NCBI GenBank assembly: GCA_017437755.1
Contig: JAFRXI010000018.1
Coordinates: 24,325-88,324 of the forward strand
DNA from: Bacteroidales bacterium
GTDB taxonomy: Bacteria; Bacteroidota; Bacteroidia; Bacteroidales; UBA932
Length of the DNA stretch: 64,000 bases
Reading direction: 5' to 3'
Positions within the stretch are counted from its first letter, which is position 1; the number at the start of each line of letters is the position of its first letter. Below the pieces are notes generated by a model. That model was not told the DNA's origin and did no database searches. It was given only the letters and a program-made list of their open reading frames with translations. Made by a program: the position numbers and the translations under genes. Below are positions 48,437-58,591 of this stretch, one piece after another.

Positions 48437-51400
48437 AGCAGATGACTAAGGAAGGTGCGGGCCTCGTCGGGGGAAAAGCCCCTTGCCCGGGAATAAGACC
48501 GGTATTGTCCGGCGGAGATATGGCGGATTTCAGGGTAGCCCGCCTTTGGGTGCAGTATCACGAATCCGCAGATGGCGGCATCCGGTTGCATGGCGCAGTT
48601 ACCCACCAGGGTGATGCCCAGGCCGTCGGGAAGCATGGAGAGTATGTCGCGCTTGAGGCTGTGGTCGGGGCATGAGGCGTAGCCGGCGGCCGGTTTGGTT
48701 ACCGGAACGCCGTAGCCGGAAAGACGGCCGTCCAGCCATTTTGATGCCGCTTCCGCGAGGGTTACGAACACCGCGCGGCGCATCAGGCCGGCAGACCCCT
48801 CCCGGCAGGCTTCACAGGTGCATCCCCCGGCATGTGCCCCATGCACGGCAAGGGCGAATATTCCGAACGGTCCTCTTCCTTCCGCAGGTACATAATCGGC
48901 CAGGGAACGGCCCTCACCTTCTTCCTGCCGGAGCATGGGGAGCCGCAGGCCGTCGTCCAGGACTATGGTGTCATCCTCGCGGCGGGCGGCGAAAAAACGG
49001 GCTGCGAGCCTCACTTCCACGGAATTGCCCTCCAGCATGTCATTCAGCATTTCCAAACCTTGGGCTTCCAGGCCGGGTGAAGGCTTCTTCACGCCCATCG
49101 CCATCAGGAACATTCCCTTGTCAAAGAGCGGCACCAGTTCCCGGAGCGGGATCCGCGTGAGCGGAATGTCCGGAGGAATGACAGATAGATAGCTTTCCGC
49201 AGGGAACGGGACCGGCTTCAGTGGGCGTGGCCTGCGGCTCTGGTGAAGGGCGCGGATTTCCGCCTGGCGGGAGTGCTGTTCGGCTTCAAAGGCATTGCGG
49301 TCCTGCATGCAGCGCTGGGCCATTACCGCTCCGGCCGATGCGTCTGGTGCATGGAAAACATGGTCATAGAGGGGCGCCAGCTTGACGGCCGTATGGAGGT
49401 CCGACGTTGTGGCCCCTCCCACGAAAAGCGGAGTGGAGAGGCCCCTGGCCTTCATTTCGCGGCAGAGCTCTTCCATCTGGTAGAGCGACGGCGTAATCAG
49501 TCCGCTCACTCCGATGAGGGCGGCGCCGTGCTCCGCTGCGGCGGCGAGGATCGTCTCCTTGTCCACCATAACGCCAAGGTCGATCACATCGAAACCGTTG
49601 CACCGCAGAACCGTTCCGGCTATGTTTTTACCGATGTCGTGCACGTCGCCCTTTACCGTGGCATTGATGACCACGGGCCGTTTCTTCCTCTCGTCGCTCT
49701 CCTTCATGTAGGGCTCCAGCAGGGCTACGGCGTCTTTCATCACCCTGGCGCTTTCAACCACCTGGGGGAGGAACATGCGGCCTTCGCCGAAGCGTCGGCC
49801 GACTTCTTCCATGCCGTCCATGAGCGGGCCTTCGATGACCTTTATGGCGCTGCCCGTTTCCTGCAGCGACGCCATAAGGTCGGCCTCGAGGGTGGCGGAA
49901 CGGCCGTGGATTACGGCATCTTGCAAGCGTTCCCAGGGCGATCCGTGAAGTTCCTGTGTCACAGGAGCTTCCGTCTGTCCTGGCGCTCCGATGCGCCCGG
50001 CCAGCGCCGTAAGGCGGGCGGTTGCATCGGGATGGCGGCAAAGTATGACGTCCTCGGCCGCATCCCTCAGTTCCGGATCGATGTCGTCGTACTGCCGGAG
50101 CATCGCCGGATTCACAATGGCCATGTCCAGTCCTGCCCGGATGGCGTGGTAAAGGAATACGGCGTGCATGGCTCCGCGTACGGTGTTGTTGCCCCGGAAG
50201 GCGAACGAGAGGTTGGAGATGCCGCCGGAGGTATAGGCTCCGGGAAGATTCGACTTGATCCACCGGACTGCCTCAATGAAATCAATTCCGTAGCGGTCGT
50301 GTTCGGGGATGCCGGTTCCCACCGACAGCACGTTCACGTCGAATATGATATCCCCGGGCGGGATGCCCGCACCGGTAAGGAGGCGGTAGGCACGGCTGCA
50401 GATGGCTGTTTTCCGGTCCAGGGTGGTGGCCTGTCCTTCCTCGTCGAACGCCATCACCACCATCGCGGCGCCCAGGCGGTGGATTTCGGCCGCTTTTTCA
50501 AGGAAGGCCGCTTCGCCGTCCTTGAGGCTGATGGAGTTTACGATGCATCGGCCCTGGGCGTTCTTTAGGCCTTTCAGTATGGTTTCCCAGTTGGACGAAT
50601 CGATCATCAGGGCGGCGCGGGCCACGGAAGGGTCGTTCTGGGTCCTGCGCACGAAGGTTTCCATGGCGGCAGGGCCGTCCAGCATGGCGTCGTCCATGTT
50701 GATGTCGATGATTCCCGCTCCGCCCTCAATCTGGCCGGCCGCTATATGCAGGGCCTCGTCGTAGTCGCCCTGGGCTATGAGCCTTGCGAATTTGCGCGAC
50801 CCCGCCACGTTGGTGCGCTCTCCTATCAGGGTGAAGTTCCTGGATCCGGCATCCACGGTCCAAGCCTCCAATCCGCTGACAGTGAGGTGGTTGCCTGTTG
50901 GAGGAACAGTCCTTGGCCTAAGGTCAGGGAGGGCGCGGATGTGGTCGGGGGTGGTGCCGCAGCATCCTCCGGCGATATTTACCATACCGTCCAGCTTTGC
51001 CATTTCGGCGGCCATTATCTCCGGCGTCTGGGTGTATTCGCCCATCTCGTCCGGGAGGCCGGCGTTGGGATAGAAGATAACCGGTACGGGGCACCATGCG
51101 GCGAGGCTCTTCACCAGCGGCAGCAGTTCCCTGGCACCCAGCGAGCAGTTGAGCCCGAAGGCGAGCAGCGGATAATGGCTTACCGCTGCATAGAAGGCTT
51201 CCAGCGTCTGGCCGGTGAGGGTGCGTCCGCTGCGGTTGCTGACGGAAACGGATACAGCCACGGGAAACCCCGGCTGCACTTCCTGGACGGCATACAGGGC
51301 CGCCTTGGTGTTCAGGGCGTCAAAAGCCGTTTCCAGCAGCAGGAAATCCACGCCGCCCCGGATAAGGGCCCGTGCCTGCTCCCGGTATGCATCCGCCATC

Positions 51401-51774
51401 TGGTCAAAGGAATATGGGCGCCACGACGGGCGGGAGAGGTCGGTTGACAGCGTCAGCGACTTTGACGTAGGACCCATGCTGCCCGCCACCCACACTTTGC
51501 GGGAAGCCCCGTCCGCCGCCTTCCGGGCCAGGCGGGCCCCTTCCAGCGCAAAGGCCGGAGCCAGACCTTCCAGGCCGTATTCTCTCTGGCTTATGGCGTT
51601 GGCGCTGAAGGTGTTGGACTCCAGGATGTCGGCTCCGGCGTCGATATATTCACGGTGGATGGCCAGGATTACGTCGGGGCGGGACAGGTTAAGGCGTTCA
51701 TAGTTACCGAAATCGTCCCCGGAAAGGCCGTATTGCTGGATACGGGTACCCATGGCTCCGTCAAGACGGAGCAC
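48433..51774 (-). CDS. metH: Cobalamin-dependent methionine synthase
   Basis: LDGAMGT, GLNCS and GGCCGTT (Zn ligands), IGERTNVAGS (pterin-binding), KGDVHDIGKN (B12). Start uncertain (GTG 51774). Confidence 0.95.
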   Translation of the reverse strand: MLRLDGAMGTRIQQYGLSGDDFGNYERLNLSRPDVILAIHREYIDAGADILESNTFSANAISQREYGLEGLAPAFALEGARLARKAADGASRKVWVAGSMGPTSKSLTLSTDLSRPSWRPYSFDQMADAYREQARALIRGGVDFLLLETAFDALNTKAALYAVQEVQPGFPVAVSVSVSNRSGRTLTGQTLEAFYAAVSHYPLLAFGLNCSLGARELLPLVKSLAAWCPVPVIFYPNAGLPDEMGEYTQTPEIMAAEMAKLDGMVNIAGGCCGTTPDHIRALPDLRPRTVPPTGNHLTVSGLEAWTVDAGSRNFTLIGERTNVAGSRKFARLIAQGDYDEALHIAAGQIEGGAGIIDINMDDAMLDGPAAMETFVRRTQNDPSVARAALMIDSSNWETILKGLKNAQGRCIVNSISLKDGEAAFLEKAAEIHRLGAAMVVMAFDEEGQATTLDRKTAICSRAYRLLTGAGIPPGDIIFDVNVLSVGTGIPEHDRYGIDFIEAVRWIKSNLPGAYTSGGISNLSFAFRGNNTVRGAMHAVFLYHAIRAGLDMAIVNPAMLRQYDDIDPELRDAAEDVILCRHPDATARLTALAGRIGAPGQTEAPVTQELHGSPWERLQDAVIHGRSATLEADLMASLQETGSAIKVIEGPLMDGMEEVGRRFGEGRMFLPQVVESARVMKDAVALLEPYMKESDERKKRPVVINATVKGDVHDIGKNIAGTVLRCNGFDVIDLGVMVDKETILAAAAEHGAALIGVSGLITPSLYQMEELCREMKARGLSTPLFVGGATTSDLHTAVKLAPLYDHVFHAPDASAGAVMAQRCMQDRNAFEAEQHSRQAEIRALHQSRRPRPLKPVPFPAESYLSVIPPDIPLTRIPLRELVPLFDKGMFLMAMGVKKPSPGLEAQGLEMLNDMLEGNSVEVRLAARFFAARREDDTIVLDDGLRLPMLRQEEGEGRSLADYVPAEGRGPFGIFALAVHGAHAGGCTCEACREGSAGLMRRAVFVTLAEAASKWLDGRLSGYGVPVTKPAAGYASCPDHSLKRDILSMLPDGLGITLVGNCAMQPDAAICGFVILHPKAGYPEIRHISAGQYRSYSRARGFSPDEARTFLSHLL

Positions 51775-51820
51775 GCGGGAAAACGGTATGGAGTGTGACG
51801 GTTTCAGGGCTGCGGGTCAT
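51761..51820 (-). other. 19-aa out-of-frame upstream ORF overlapping the metH start (MTRSPETVTLHTVFPRAPS)
   Basis: ATG at 51820 lies 8 nt after the -7 box TACTTTTG (51836-51829); its TGA stop at 51763-51761 falls inside metH. Confidence 0.45.
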
Positions 51821-51986
51821 TTATTTGCCAAAAGTACAAATAAAAAACCAATGTTTGGGCTGCAAATAAGTCCAAAAACAAGGATGACAGTATGCGTTTG
51901 TACAAAATGAAACCATTTCCGGATGATATTAACCCATTGGACAGGAACCTTTTGAGTAGTTTTACTCATTAATTAAAAATAAAAAT

Positions 51987-54900
51987 ATGATTCCTTTAAA
52001 ACAACCCGGGTTACTGGTCGCTGTCCTTGCTGGACTGCTGGGAACGGTCTGTGCTTCGGCTGCTCCCGCTGTAGGCAGCGTCCCTGCACAGGAGGCACAG
52101 GAGCAGGTAACCCACAAGGTGACGGGTAACGTTGTCGATTCCAAGGGCGAGCCTCTCGTGGGCGCCGCCATCGTCATGAAGGGGAACGACAAGGTCCATG
52201 CCATCACCGACCTTGATGGTAATTACGCCATCGATGTCCCTGAGGCAAACGCCGTCCTCGTATTCTCATTCATCGGTTTTACGACAACCGAAGAACGCGT
52301 TTCCGGCCGCAAGATCCTCAATGTCCAGCTTTCGGAGGAGAGCACCGAACTTGGCGATGCCGTGGTCGTGGCTTATGGTCGTCAGAAGAGGGAATCGGTG
52401 GTTGCGTCAATCACCACCATTGAACCCACGCAACTGAAGGTTTCCACTAGCCGTTCCATCTCCAATAATCTGGCAGGAACCGTTGCCGGTGTCCTGGCAA
52501 TCCAGAGGTCCGGTGAGCCGGGATACGACAACTCGACATTCTGGATCCGTGGTATCAGTACCTTCCAGGGTGCCGGTGGCGACCCTCTCGTCCTCATAGA
52601 CGGTATCGAGCGCGACATCAACAATATCGACGTGGAGGAAATCGAATCGTTCTCCGTTCTCAAGGATGCTGCCGCGAGTGCGGTGTATGGCGTGCGCGGT
52701 GCGAACGGCGTGATCCTCATCAATACCAAAAGAGGGCAGGTCGGCAAGCCGAGGGTAACAATCAAGGCGGAGATTGCCGGGACGGCTCCGGTGAAACTTC
52801 CCCAATACATCGGGGCGGCCGATTTCATGCAGCTGATCGACGATACCCTCGTTGATACGGGAGCATCTCCTATGTATACCCAGAACATCGCCCGTACACG
52901 CGCCAACTACGATCCTGACCTTTATCCGGACGTGAACTGGATAAAGGCCGTATCCAAGGATTATGCTTCCAACCAGCGTGTGACCGCGGAGTTCTCGGGC
53001 GGTAATGATGTCCTCCGGTACTCTTTTGTCGCTGCCGCATTCAACGAGCAGGGTATCCTTACCCGCGACCCCAACAAGGAATGGGATCCTTCCATCAAGC
53101 TCCAGAGGTACAACGTCCGTTCCAATGTGGACCTGAAAATCACCAAGACAACCAACCTCCGTTTCAATATCGGCGGTTACCTCCAGGACAGGAATTCCAC
53201 CACCCAGAGCGTGAGCGAAATCTTCACCAGGGCGTTCCGTCATGTTCCTTTCTCTTTCCCCGTCCAGTATTCCACCGGGCAGATTGCGGGTAACGAGGAA
53301 TCGAACGTGTGGGCGATGGCAACCCAGATGGGTTATCAGAGAACCAGCCAGCATAAGATCGAGACACTGTTCAGCCTGGACCAGGACCTCTCGTTCATCA
53401 CCCCGGGCCTCAGGGCCAGCGCAACTTTTTCGTTTGACCGCCTGTCTTCCGGAACAGTTTCCAGAAGCACGGCTCCGGATATGTACAACCCTGCCTCCAA
53501 CCGTAACGAGGAAGGAATGCTGATGATCACCAAGAAGTCAAACGGATCAAATACCCTCGGCCACTCCACCAGCGGTTCATTCGGTACCAAGAGCCTCTAT
53601 CTTGAGGCAAACCTCAACTACAACCGTACAATCGCCAAGAAGCACGCCCTTCAGGGACTCCTCCTCTTCAACCGGCGCAACTACGACAACGGATCCAAGC
53701 TTCCTTACAGGAACCAGGGTCTTGCCGGCCGTGCGGCATATACCTATGACAGCCGTTATGTGGCCGAATTCAACTTCGGCTACAACGGAAGCGAGAACTT
53801 CGCCAAGGGTCACAGGTATGGTTTCTTCCCGTCAGTAGCCCTTGGCTGGGTGGTTACGGAGGAACCGTTCATGCGTCCGGTAAAGGAGTATGTAAACAAG
53901 CTGAAGTTCAGGGCATCTTATGGTCAGACCGGTAATGCCACGCTTGACGGCCGCCGTTTCGCATACCTTTCCACCATTACGGACGACTGGGATACCCTCA
54001 GAGAGTACAGATGGGGCGAGGAGACCTCCTACAACCGGAACGGTATGGCGGAAGGTGAATTCGCCGTGGCGGACCTGACCTGGGAGAAGGTGAACAAGGC
54101 CAACCTTGGTTTTGAGCTTGGACTTTTCAAGGGCGCCGTGGATCTTCAGGTGGATGTGTTCGACGAAAGGAGGAACAACATCTTCATGGAACGCGAGTCC
54201 ATCCCTTCCACCGCCGGTTTCATCAAGATGCCTTGGCAGAACTACGGCAAGGTGAAGAACCAGGGCGCCGAGATCAGCCTAAAGATAAACAAACAATTCG
54301 CTAACGGACTCTTCCTCAGTGCCATAGGTACTTTCACCTACGCCCATAACACCATCGTGGAGATGGACGAGGCGGCTTCCGTGGTGGGAACCAACCGCGC
54401 AAAGACCGGACATCCGGTCAATCAGCTTTTCGGATATATCGATGACGGGCTCTATACCTACGACGACTTTGTTGATGTGGAGAACGGAATCCTCCGCTCG
54501 GACCTCCCCGAGGTTACTCTCGTGAGCAAGGTGCGTCCCGGAGACATCAAGTACAAGGACATCGGCGGCGTGGACGGCAAGCCGGACGGCAAGATCGACG
54601 TATATGACAAGACGGCGATTGGCGGAACGGTGGATCCCGAACTCGTCTATGGCTTCGGCCTCAACCTTTCTTTCAAAGGCTTCGACCTGGGCGTGCTCTT
54701 CTCCGGTGTTGGCAGGACGTGGAACATCCTTTCGGGAAACGTGATCCCCGTATCGAACAAGGGTGTTTACTACAATGTTTTCACGAACTACCAGGATCGC
54801 TGGACCGTGGACAACCCTTCCCAGGACGTGTTCTATCCGCGTTTGGATTACGGTACGAATGCAAACAACAACCAGGCTTCCACGTGGTGGCTCAAGGATA

Positions 54901-55118
54901 TGAGTTTCCTTCGTCTCAAGAACGTCGAACTGGGATACTCTTTTCCCAAGAAGATTACGGACAAGATCCGCATGTCAGGCATAAGGGTATACCTGAGGGG
55001 AACCAACCTCCTCACTTTCTCTTCGTTCAAGCTGTGGGATCCCGAACTCAAATCCACGACCGGTGCGGCATATCCGGCCATGAAGAGCGTTTCTGCCGGT
55101 CTTGAATTCAAATTCTAA
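51987..55118 (+). CDS. susC: SusC/RagA TonB-dependent transporter (PUL3)
   Basis: LGDAVVVAYG, SGEPGYD, VLKDAAASAVYGVRGANGVILINTK, C-terminal Phe. Confidence 0.97.
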   Translation: MIPLKQPGLLVAVLAGLLGTVCASAAPAVGSVPAQEAQEQVTHKVTGNVVDSKGEPLVGAAIVMKGNDKVHAITDLDGNYAIDVPEANAVLVFSFIGFTTTEERVSGRKILNVQLSEESTELGDAVVVAYGRQKRESVVASITTIEPTQLKVSTSRSISNNLAGTVAGVLAIQRSGEPGYDNSTFWIRGISTFQGAGGDPLVLIDGIERDINNIDVEEIESFSVLKDAAASAVYGVRGANGVILINTKRGQVGKPRVTIKAEIAGTAPVKLPQYIGAADFMQLIDDTLVDTGASPMYTQNIARTRANYDPDLYPDVNWIKAVSKDYASNQRVTAEFSGGNDVLRYSFVAAAFNEQGILTRDPNKEWDPSIKLQRYNVRSNVDLKITKTTNLRFNIGGYLQDRNSTTQSVSEIFTRAFRHVPFSFPVQYSTGQIAGNEESNVWAMATQMGYQRTSQHKIETLFSLDQDLSFITPGLRASATFSFDRLSSGTVSRSTAPDMYNPASNRNEEGMLMITKKSNGSNTLGHSTSGSFGTKSLYLEANLNYNRTIAKKHALQGLLLFNRRNYDNGSKLPYRNQGLAGRAAYTYDSRYVAEFNFGYNGSENFAKGHRYGFFPSVALGWVVTEEPFMRPVKEYVNKLKFRASYGQTGNATLDGRRFAYLSTITDDWDTLREYRWGEETSYNRNGMAEGEFAVADLTWEKVNKANLGFELGLFKGAVDLQVDVFDERRNNIFMERESIPSTAGFIKMPWQNYGKVKNQGAEISLKINKQFANGLFLSAIGTFTYAHNTIVEMDEAASVVGTNRAKTGHPVNQLFGYIDDGLYTYDDFVDVENGILRSDLPEVTLVSKVRPGDIKYKDIGGVDGKPDGKIDVYDKTAIGGTVDPELVYGFGLNLSFKGFDLGVLFSGVGRTWNILSGNVIPVSNKGVYYNVFTNYQDRWTVDNPSQDVFYPRLDYGTNANNNQASTWWLKDMSFLRLKNVELGYSFPKKITDKIRMSGIRVYLRGTNLLTFSSFKLWDPELKSTTGAAYPAMKSVSAGLEFKF

Positions 55119-55129
55119 TCCTTGTCGAA

Positions 55130-57058
55130 ATGAAACTGAAATACATCATAATAAGTGTTCTGGCTCTCGCGGGCATTTCGGGCTGCGATTCTTATCTGGA
55201 CAAGCAACCGGATGACCAGCTCACTATCGAAACCGTATTTGAGAACAGGACGAACATGGAGCGCTGGCTTGCGTACATCTATACCGGTATCCCCAAATAC
55301 TACAGCTACGACGGTCCGGACGCCATCGCCGACGAACTTGCCCCCTCTGTGGGCTGGGAGTCACAGGGCTTCAAGGCCATACTTTACCAGAACGGCAACT
55401 GGACACCGTCACAGCCGGGTGTGATCACCTACTGGCAGACTCTCCCCAAACTCATCCGTCAGGCATACATATTCATACAGAACGCCCATCCCCTCGAGGA
55501 TGTGAGCGAAACCGAGGTCAACTACATGAAGGCTGAGTGCCGTTTCATGATTGCCTACTACCATTCGCTCCTTGTGATGAACTACGGATCCGTGCCCATG
55601 ATCAAGGATGCCGCCGTGGGTACCAACGCCGCCGACATGATGCTCAAGCAGGAGAAGTTCTATGAGGTTGTGGACTGGATTGCCGAGGAACTGGAGGAGA
55701 CTGCGGAACAGCTTCCCAACTTCTACGACGACGCCAGCAAATACGGACGCGCAACCGCGCTTTGGTGCTATGCCATAAGGGCTCGTCTCCTCACATTTGC
55801 CGCCAGTCCCCTGGTGAACGGCAACCCTGCGATGCAGAATGTCAAGAACATCGATGGCGTGAACATATTCTCTTCCGAGTTCGACCCCGAGCGTTGGAGG
55901 GTTGCGGCTGACGCAAACAAGACCCTCATCGTCAAGGCTGAAGAGGCCGGACACGCCCTTTATATAGAGAGGACGGACGGCGACATCGATCCGTTCCAGT
56001 CATACCAGAACGCGGTGATGCTCCGTTACAACCAGGGCAATACCGAGGTGATCATCCCCCGTACCTATGACGACGCAGGTTATTTCGACCGTCAGGCCAA
56101 TCCCCGTTCCATGGGCGGCGCGGGTGCCATCGGTATCACCCAGAACCTCGTGGACGCCTTCTTCATGAAGAACGGCCTCGTTCCCATCACCGGTTACAAT
56201 GCCGACGGCAGCCCGATAATCAACTCCGATTCCGGCTACTCCGAAACTGGATACTCAACGGCCAACGAGGTCGCAAAGACTACCTGGATCTATGCCGACA
56301 AGTCAACCACGACCGAGTCCAAGAGCGAGGTCAACCATGTAATCGTCCCAAGCGAGACATTCAACATGTACTGCAACCGCGAGCCGAGGTTCTATATCTC
56401 GGTCCTCTACAATGAGCAGTATCACTACGGAAAGCGCCAGCACGGCTCCCAGAACTGGTACACGAACTTCTTCTCCGGCGGAGAGGACGGAGGACCCAGC
56501 CATGACTCCCCGTCTGCGGGTTACCTCATCCGCAAGCGTGTGGACCCGTCGGCCATCCCTTCGGACAGCAAGGGAACATACATCAAGCGTCAGGGTATCG
56601 TATACCGCCTAGCAGAGGCTTATCTCAGCTATTCGGAATGCCTTCTCGAGTATGCCATCGCCAAGGGAACATACAATCAGGCGCAGAATGAAGTAGTCCA
56701 GTATGTGAACAAGATCCGTGAGCGCGCGGGCATACCTGTCTATGGCTCTGACAGCCAAGAGATTCCAGTCCCTGCCGATCCCCTGGTGATGAGGGACCTC
56801 GTGCACAGGGAACGCCGCGTGGAACTCAACTGTGAATATGGAAACCGCTGGTATGACCTCCGCCGCTGGAATGAGGCCGAGAAAGTCCTCAACGGGAACT
56901 TCTATGGCATGAACACCCTTGCCGACAAGGACCATAGGAACGATTTCTACAAGAGGACCAGGTACCAGACCCGTAAGTTCATCAGCTACTGGTGGCCCAT
57001 CCCGCAGGACGATATCGACAAGAACGTCAATCTTGTCCAGCTCCCTGAATGGAACTAA
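55130..57058 (+). CDS. susD: SusD/RagB lipoprotein (PUL3)
   Basis: Lipobox ISGC; AASPL, REPRFY, YRLAEAYL, ERRVEL..E..RWYDLRRW. Confidence 0.96.
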   Translation: MKLKYIIISVLALAGISGCDSYLDKQPDDQLTIETVFENRTNMERWLAYIYTGIPKYYSYDGPDAIADELAPSVGWESQGFKAILYQNGNWTPSQPGVITYWQTLPKLIRQAYIFIQNAHPLEDVSETEVNYMKAECRFMIAYYHSLLVMNYGSVPMIKDAAVGTNAADMMLKQEKFYEVVDWIAEELEETAEQLPNFYDDASKYGRATALWCYAIRARLLTFAASPLVNGNPAMQNVKNIDGVNIFSSEFDPERWRVAADANKTLIVKAEEAGHALYIERTDGDIDPFQSYQNAVMLRYNQGNTEVIIPRTYDDAGYFDRQANPRSMGGAGAIGITQNLVDAFFMKNGLVPITGYNADGSPIINSDSGYSETGYSTANEVAKTTWIYADKSTTTESKSEVNHVIVPSETFNMYCNREPRFYISVLYNEQYHYGKRQHGSQNWYTNFFSGGEDGGPSHDSPSAGYLIRKRVDPSAIPSDSKGTYIKRQGIVYRLAEAYLSYSECLLEYAIAKGTYNQAQNEVVQYVNKIRERAGIPVYGSDSQEIPVPADPLVMRDLVHRERRVELNCEYGNRWYDLRRWNEAEKVLNGNFYGMNTLADKDHRNDFYKRTRYQTRKFISYWWPIPQDDIDKNVNLVQLPEWN

Positions 57059-57082
57059 GAAGTAGTTTAGAATTTTTCAGAT

Positions 57083-58420
57083 ATGAAAAAGACATATATC
57101 ATACTATTATCCCTTCTCTGTATCGCCTCCTGCCAGAGGCCGGTCAACTACCTTGAGCAGGCGCAGAACTTTTTTAAGGCGGAAGAGAAAATGCAGCTCT
57201 CGGCATCTTCCACCAAGATAGATCTCGACAGGGATAAACCCGACGACATCGCCCTTACCTTTGACTGGACAAGCGCCCGGGAGATGCCGGACGACTACAT
57301 TCCTACCTATATCACCAAGATCGATATAGCCGGGAACAACTTCAACACCTGTGTGAGGACGGTCGAAGACGACGGAACCTTCTCCAAGAGCTTCACCAAC
57401 GCCCAGCTCCAGAGCTACATCCTTGACAAGTGGGGCAAGTCCTATGTGCGCCCGGTCACCGTTCAGTTCGGCGTCGTTTGCAAGTGGGACGGCGGCGATA
57501 AATACGTCATGCCCGAGGTCCGTACCCTCAATGTCGAGATCAGGCCGTTCAGGCCCCTCACCTTCGATGTAGACAAACTCTATGTCTCCGGCGATGCGGT
57601 AATGGGCGCCACCCGTATCCTTATGAAGCAGACTCCGGAGAACGAATTCCAGTATGCCGCCCATGTCGCCCTTAAAAAGGGTCTCCTTACCCTTCCCGTG
57701 GTTTACGACGGGATGACGACCTACATAGCTCCTGCCGACCTCGACGGTTCAACCATCATGGATGCGGAGGATGAGGCGGTTACGATGAGGACGGATGCGG
57801 CGGGCTGGACCATTCCGGAAGAAGGGACGTATCGTATAGTCGTCAATATCCAGAACAAGACGGTACGTATCTACAGCCCGGCAACTGACCTCAAGCCCAA
57901 GACCTTCCAGGGTCACTTTGGGCCGGTCGGCACTTATAACGAGGATGTTGAGTTTACGCTCAATCCGGAAGGAAACGTCAACGGAACCCCGTGGCTGTTC
58001 GGCTTCAAGGGCGACAATATGGACGGAAGCGGATGGCTTACCAAGGAAGTCAGGTTTGAATTCAGCGAGGCCGATCCCCAGCTTCTGGTATACAGCGGCG
58101 CCGATGTCAAGGGAGACAAGTGCATCGCCCTTATCAACTGGCTCACATCGGACGGGAAGCCATATACCAACTATGACTCGGCCTTCTATATCGTGCCCAG
58201 GAAGAGTGCGACGGGGACCTATCAGGTAAACAAGAATACGTGGTACGACATTGCCTACGGTTTCCTCCGCGATCCGAACCTCATGGTTGACGGTGTGCCT
58301 ATCGGAGCTGATCTCCGTGCGATCAAGTTCCTGTTCAGAAACGACCAGAACACTTCCACGCCGGTGAACTTCATCATGATCGATTTCCGCAACGACAGGA
58401 TATATTTTGACAAGAAATAA
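57083..58420 (+). CDS. SusE-domain surface glycan-binding lipoprotein
   Basis: Lipobox IASC; ALTFDWT, KSFTNAQLQ, LYVSGDA, WTIPEEGTYRIVVN. Confidence 0.78.
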   Translation: MKKTYIILLSLLCIASCQRPVNYLEQAQNFFKAEEKMQLSASSTKIDLDRDKPDDIALTFDWTSAREMPDDYIPTYITKIDIAGNNFNTCVRTVEDDGTFSKSFTNAQLQSYILDKWGKSYVRPVTVQFGVVCKWDGGDKYVMPEVRTLNVEIRPFRPLTFDVDKLYVSGDAVMGATRILMKQTPENEFQYAAHVALKKGLLTLPVVYDGMTTYIAPADLDGSTIMDAEDEAVTMRTDAAGWTIPEEGTYRIVVNIQNKTVRIYSPATDLKPKTFQGHFGPVGTYNEDVEFTLNPEGNVNGTPWLFGFKGDNMDGSGWLTKEVRFEFSEADPQLLVYSGADVKGDKCIALINWLTSDGKPYTNYDSAFYIVPRKSATGTYQVNKNTWYDIAYGFLRDPNLMVDGVPIGADLRAIKFLFRNDQNTSTPVNFIMIDFRNDRIYFDKK

Positions 58421-58443
58421 GTCACATATAATAAATTTATAAC

Positions 58444-58578
58444 ATGACAACCCCAAAATTTTACATTACGCCAGAAGTGCGTATATTTATGCTGGCCGGC
58501 CTTGAAGCAGTCCTCGTTGCCAGTCCCCGTGGAAGCCTTCCGAGTGTGGAAGAAGTAGAAAATGAATACACTTATTAA
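58444..58578 (+). CDS. Unannotated 44-aa YxxP micro-protein MTTPKFYITPEVRIFMLAGLEAVLVASPRGSLPSVEEVENEYTY
   Basis: Manual translation. AT-rich start context, fills the intergenic gap, and shares a pattern with 16482-16604. Confidence 0.78.
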   Translation: MTTPKFYITPEVRIFMLAGLEAVLVASPRGSLPSVEEVENEYTY

Positions 58579-58591
58579 AACAGGCAGAAAG

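Noticed and set aside
51775-51986. SAM or cobalamin riboswitch upstream of metH (and of metY)
   Set aside because: No recognisable aptamer core, and the -7 boxes leave too little leader. An Rfam scan would be decisive.
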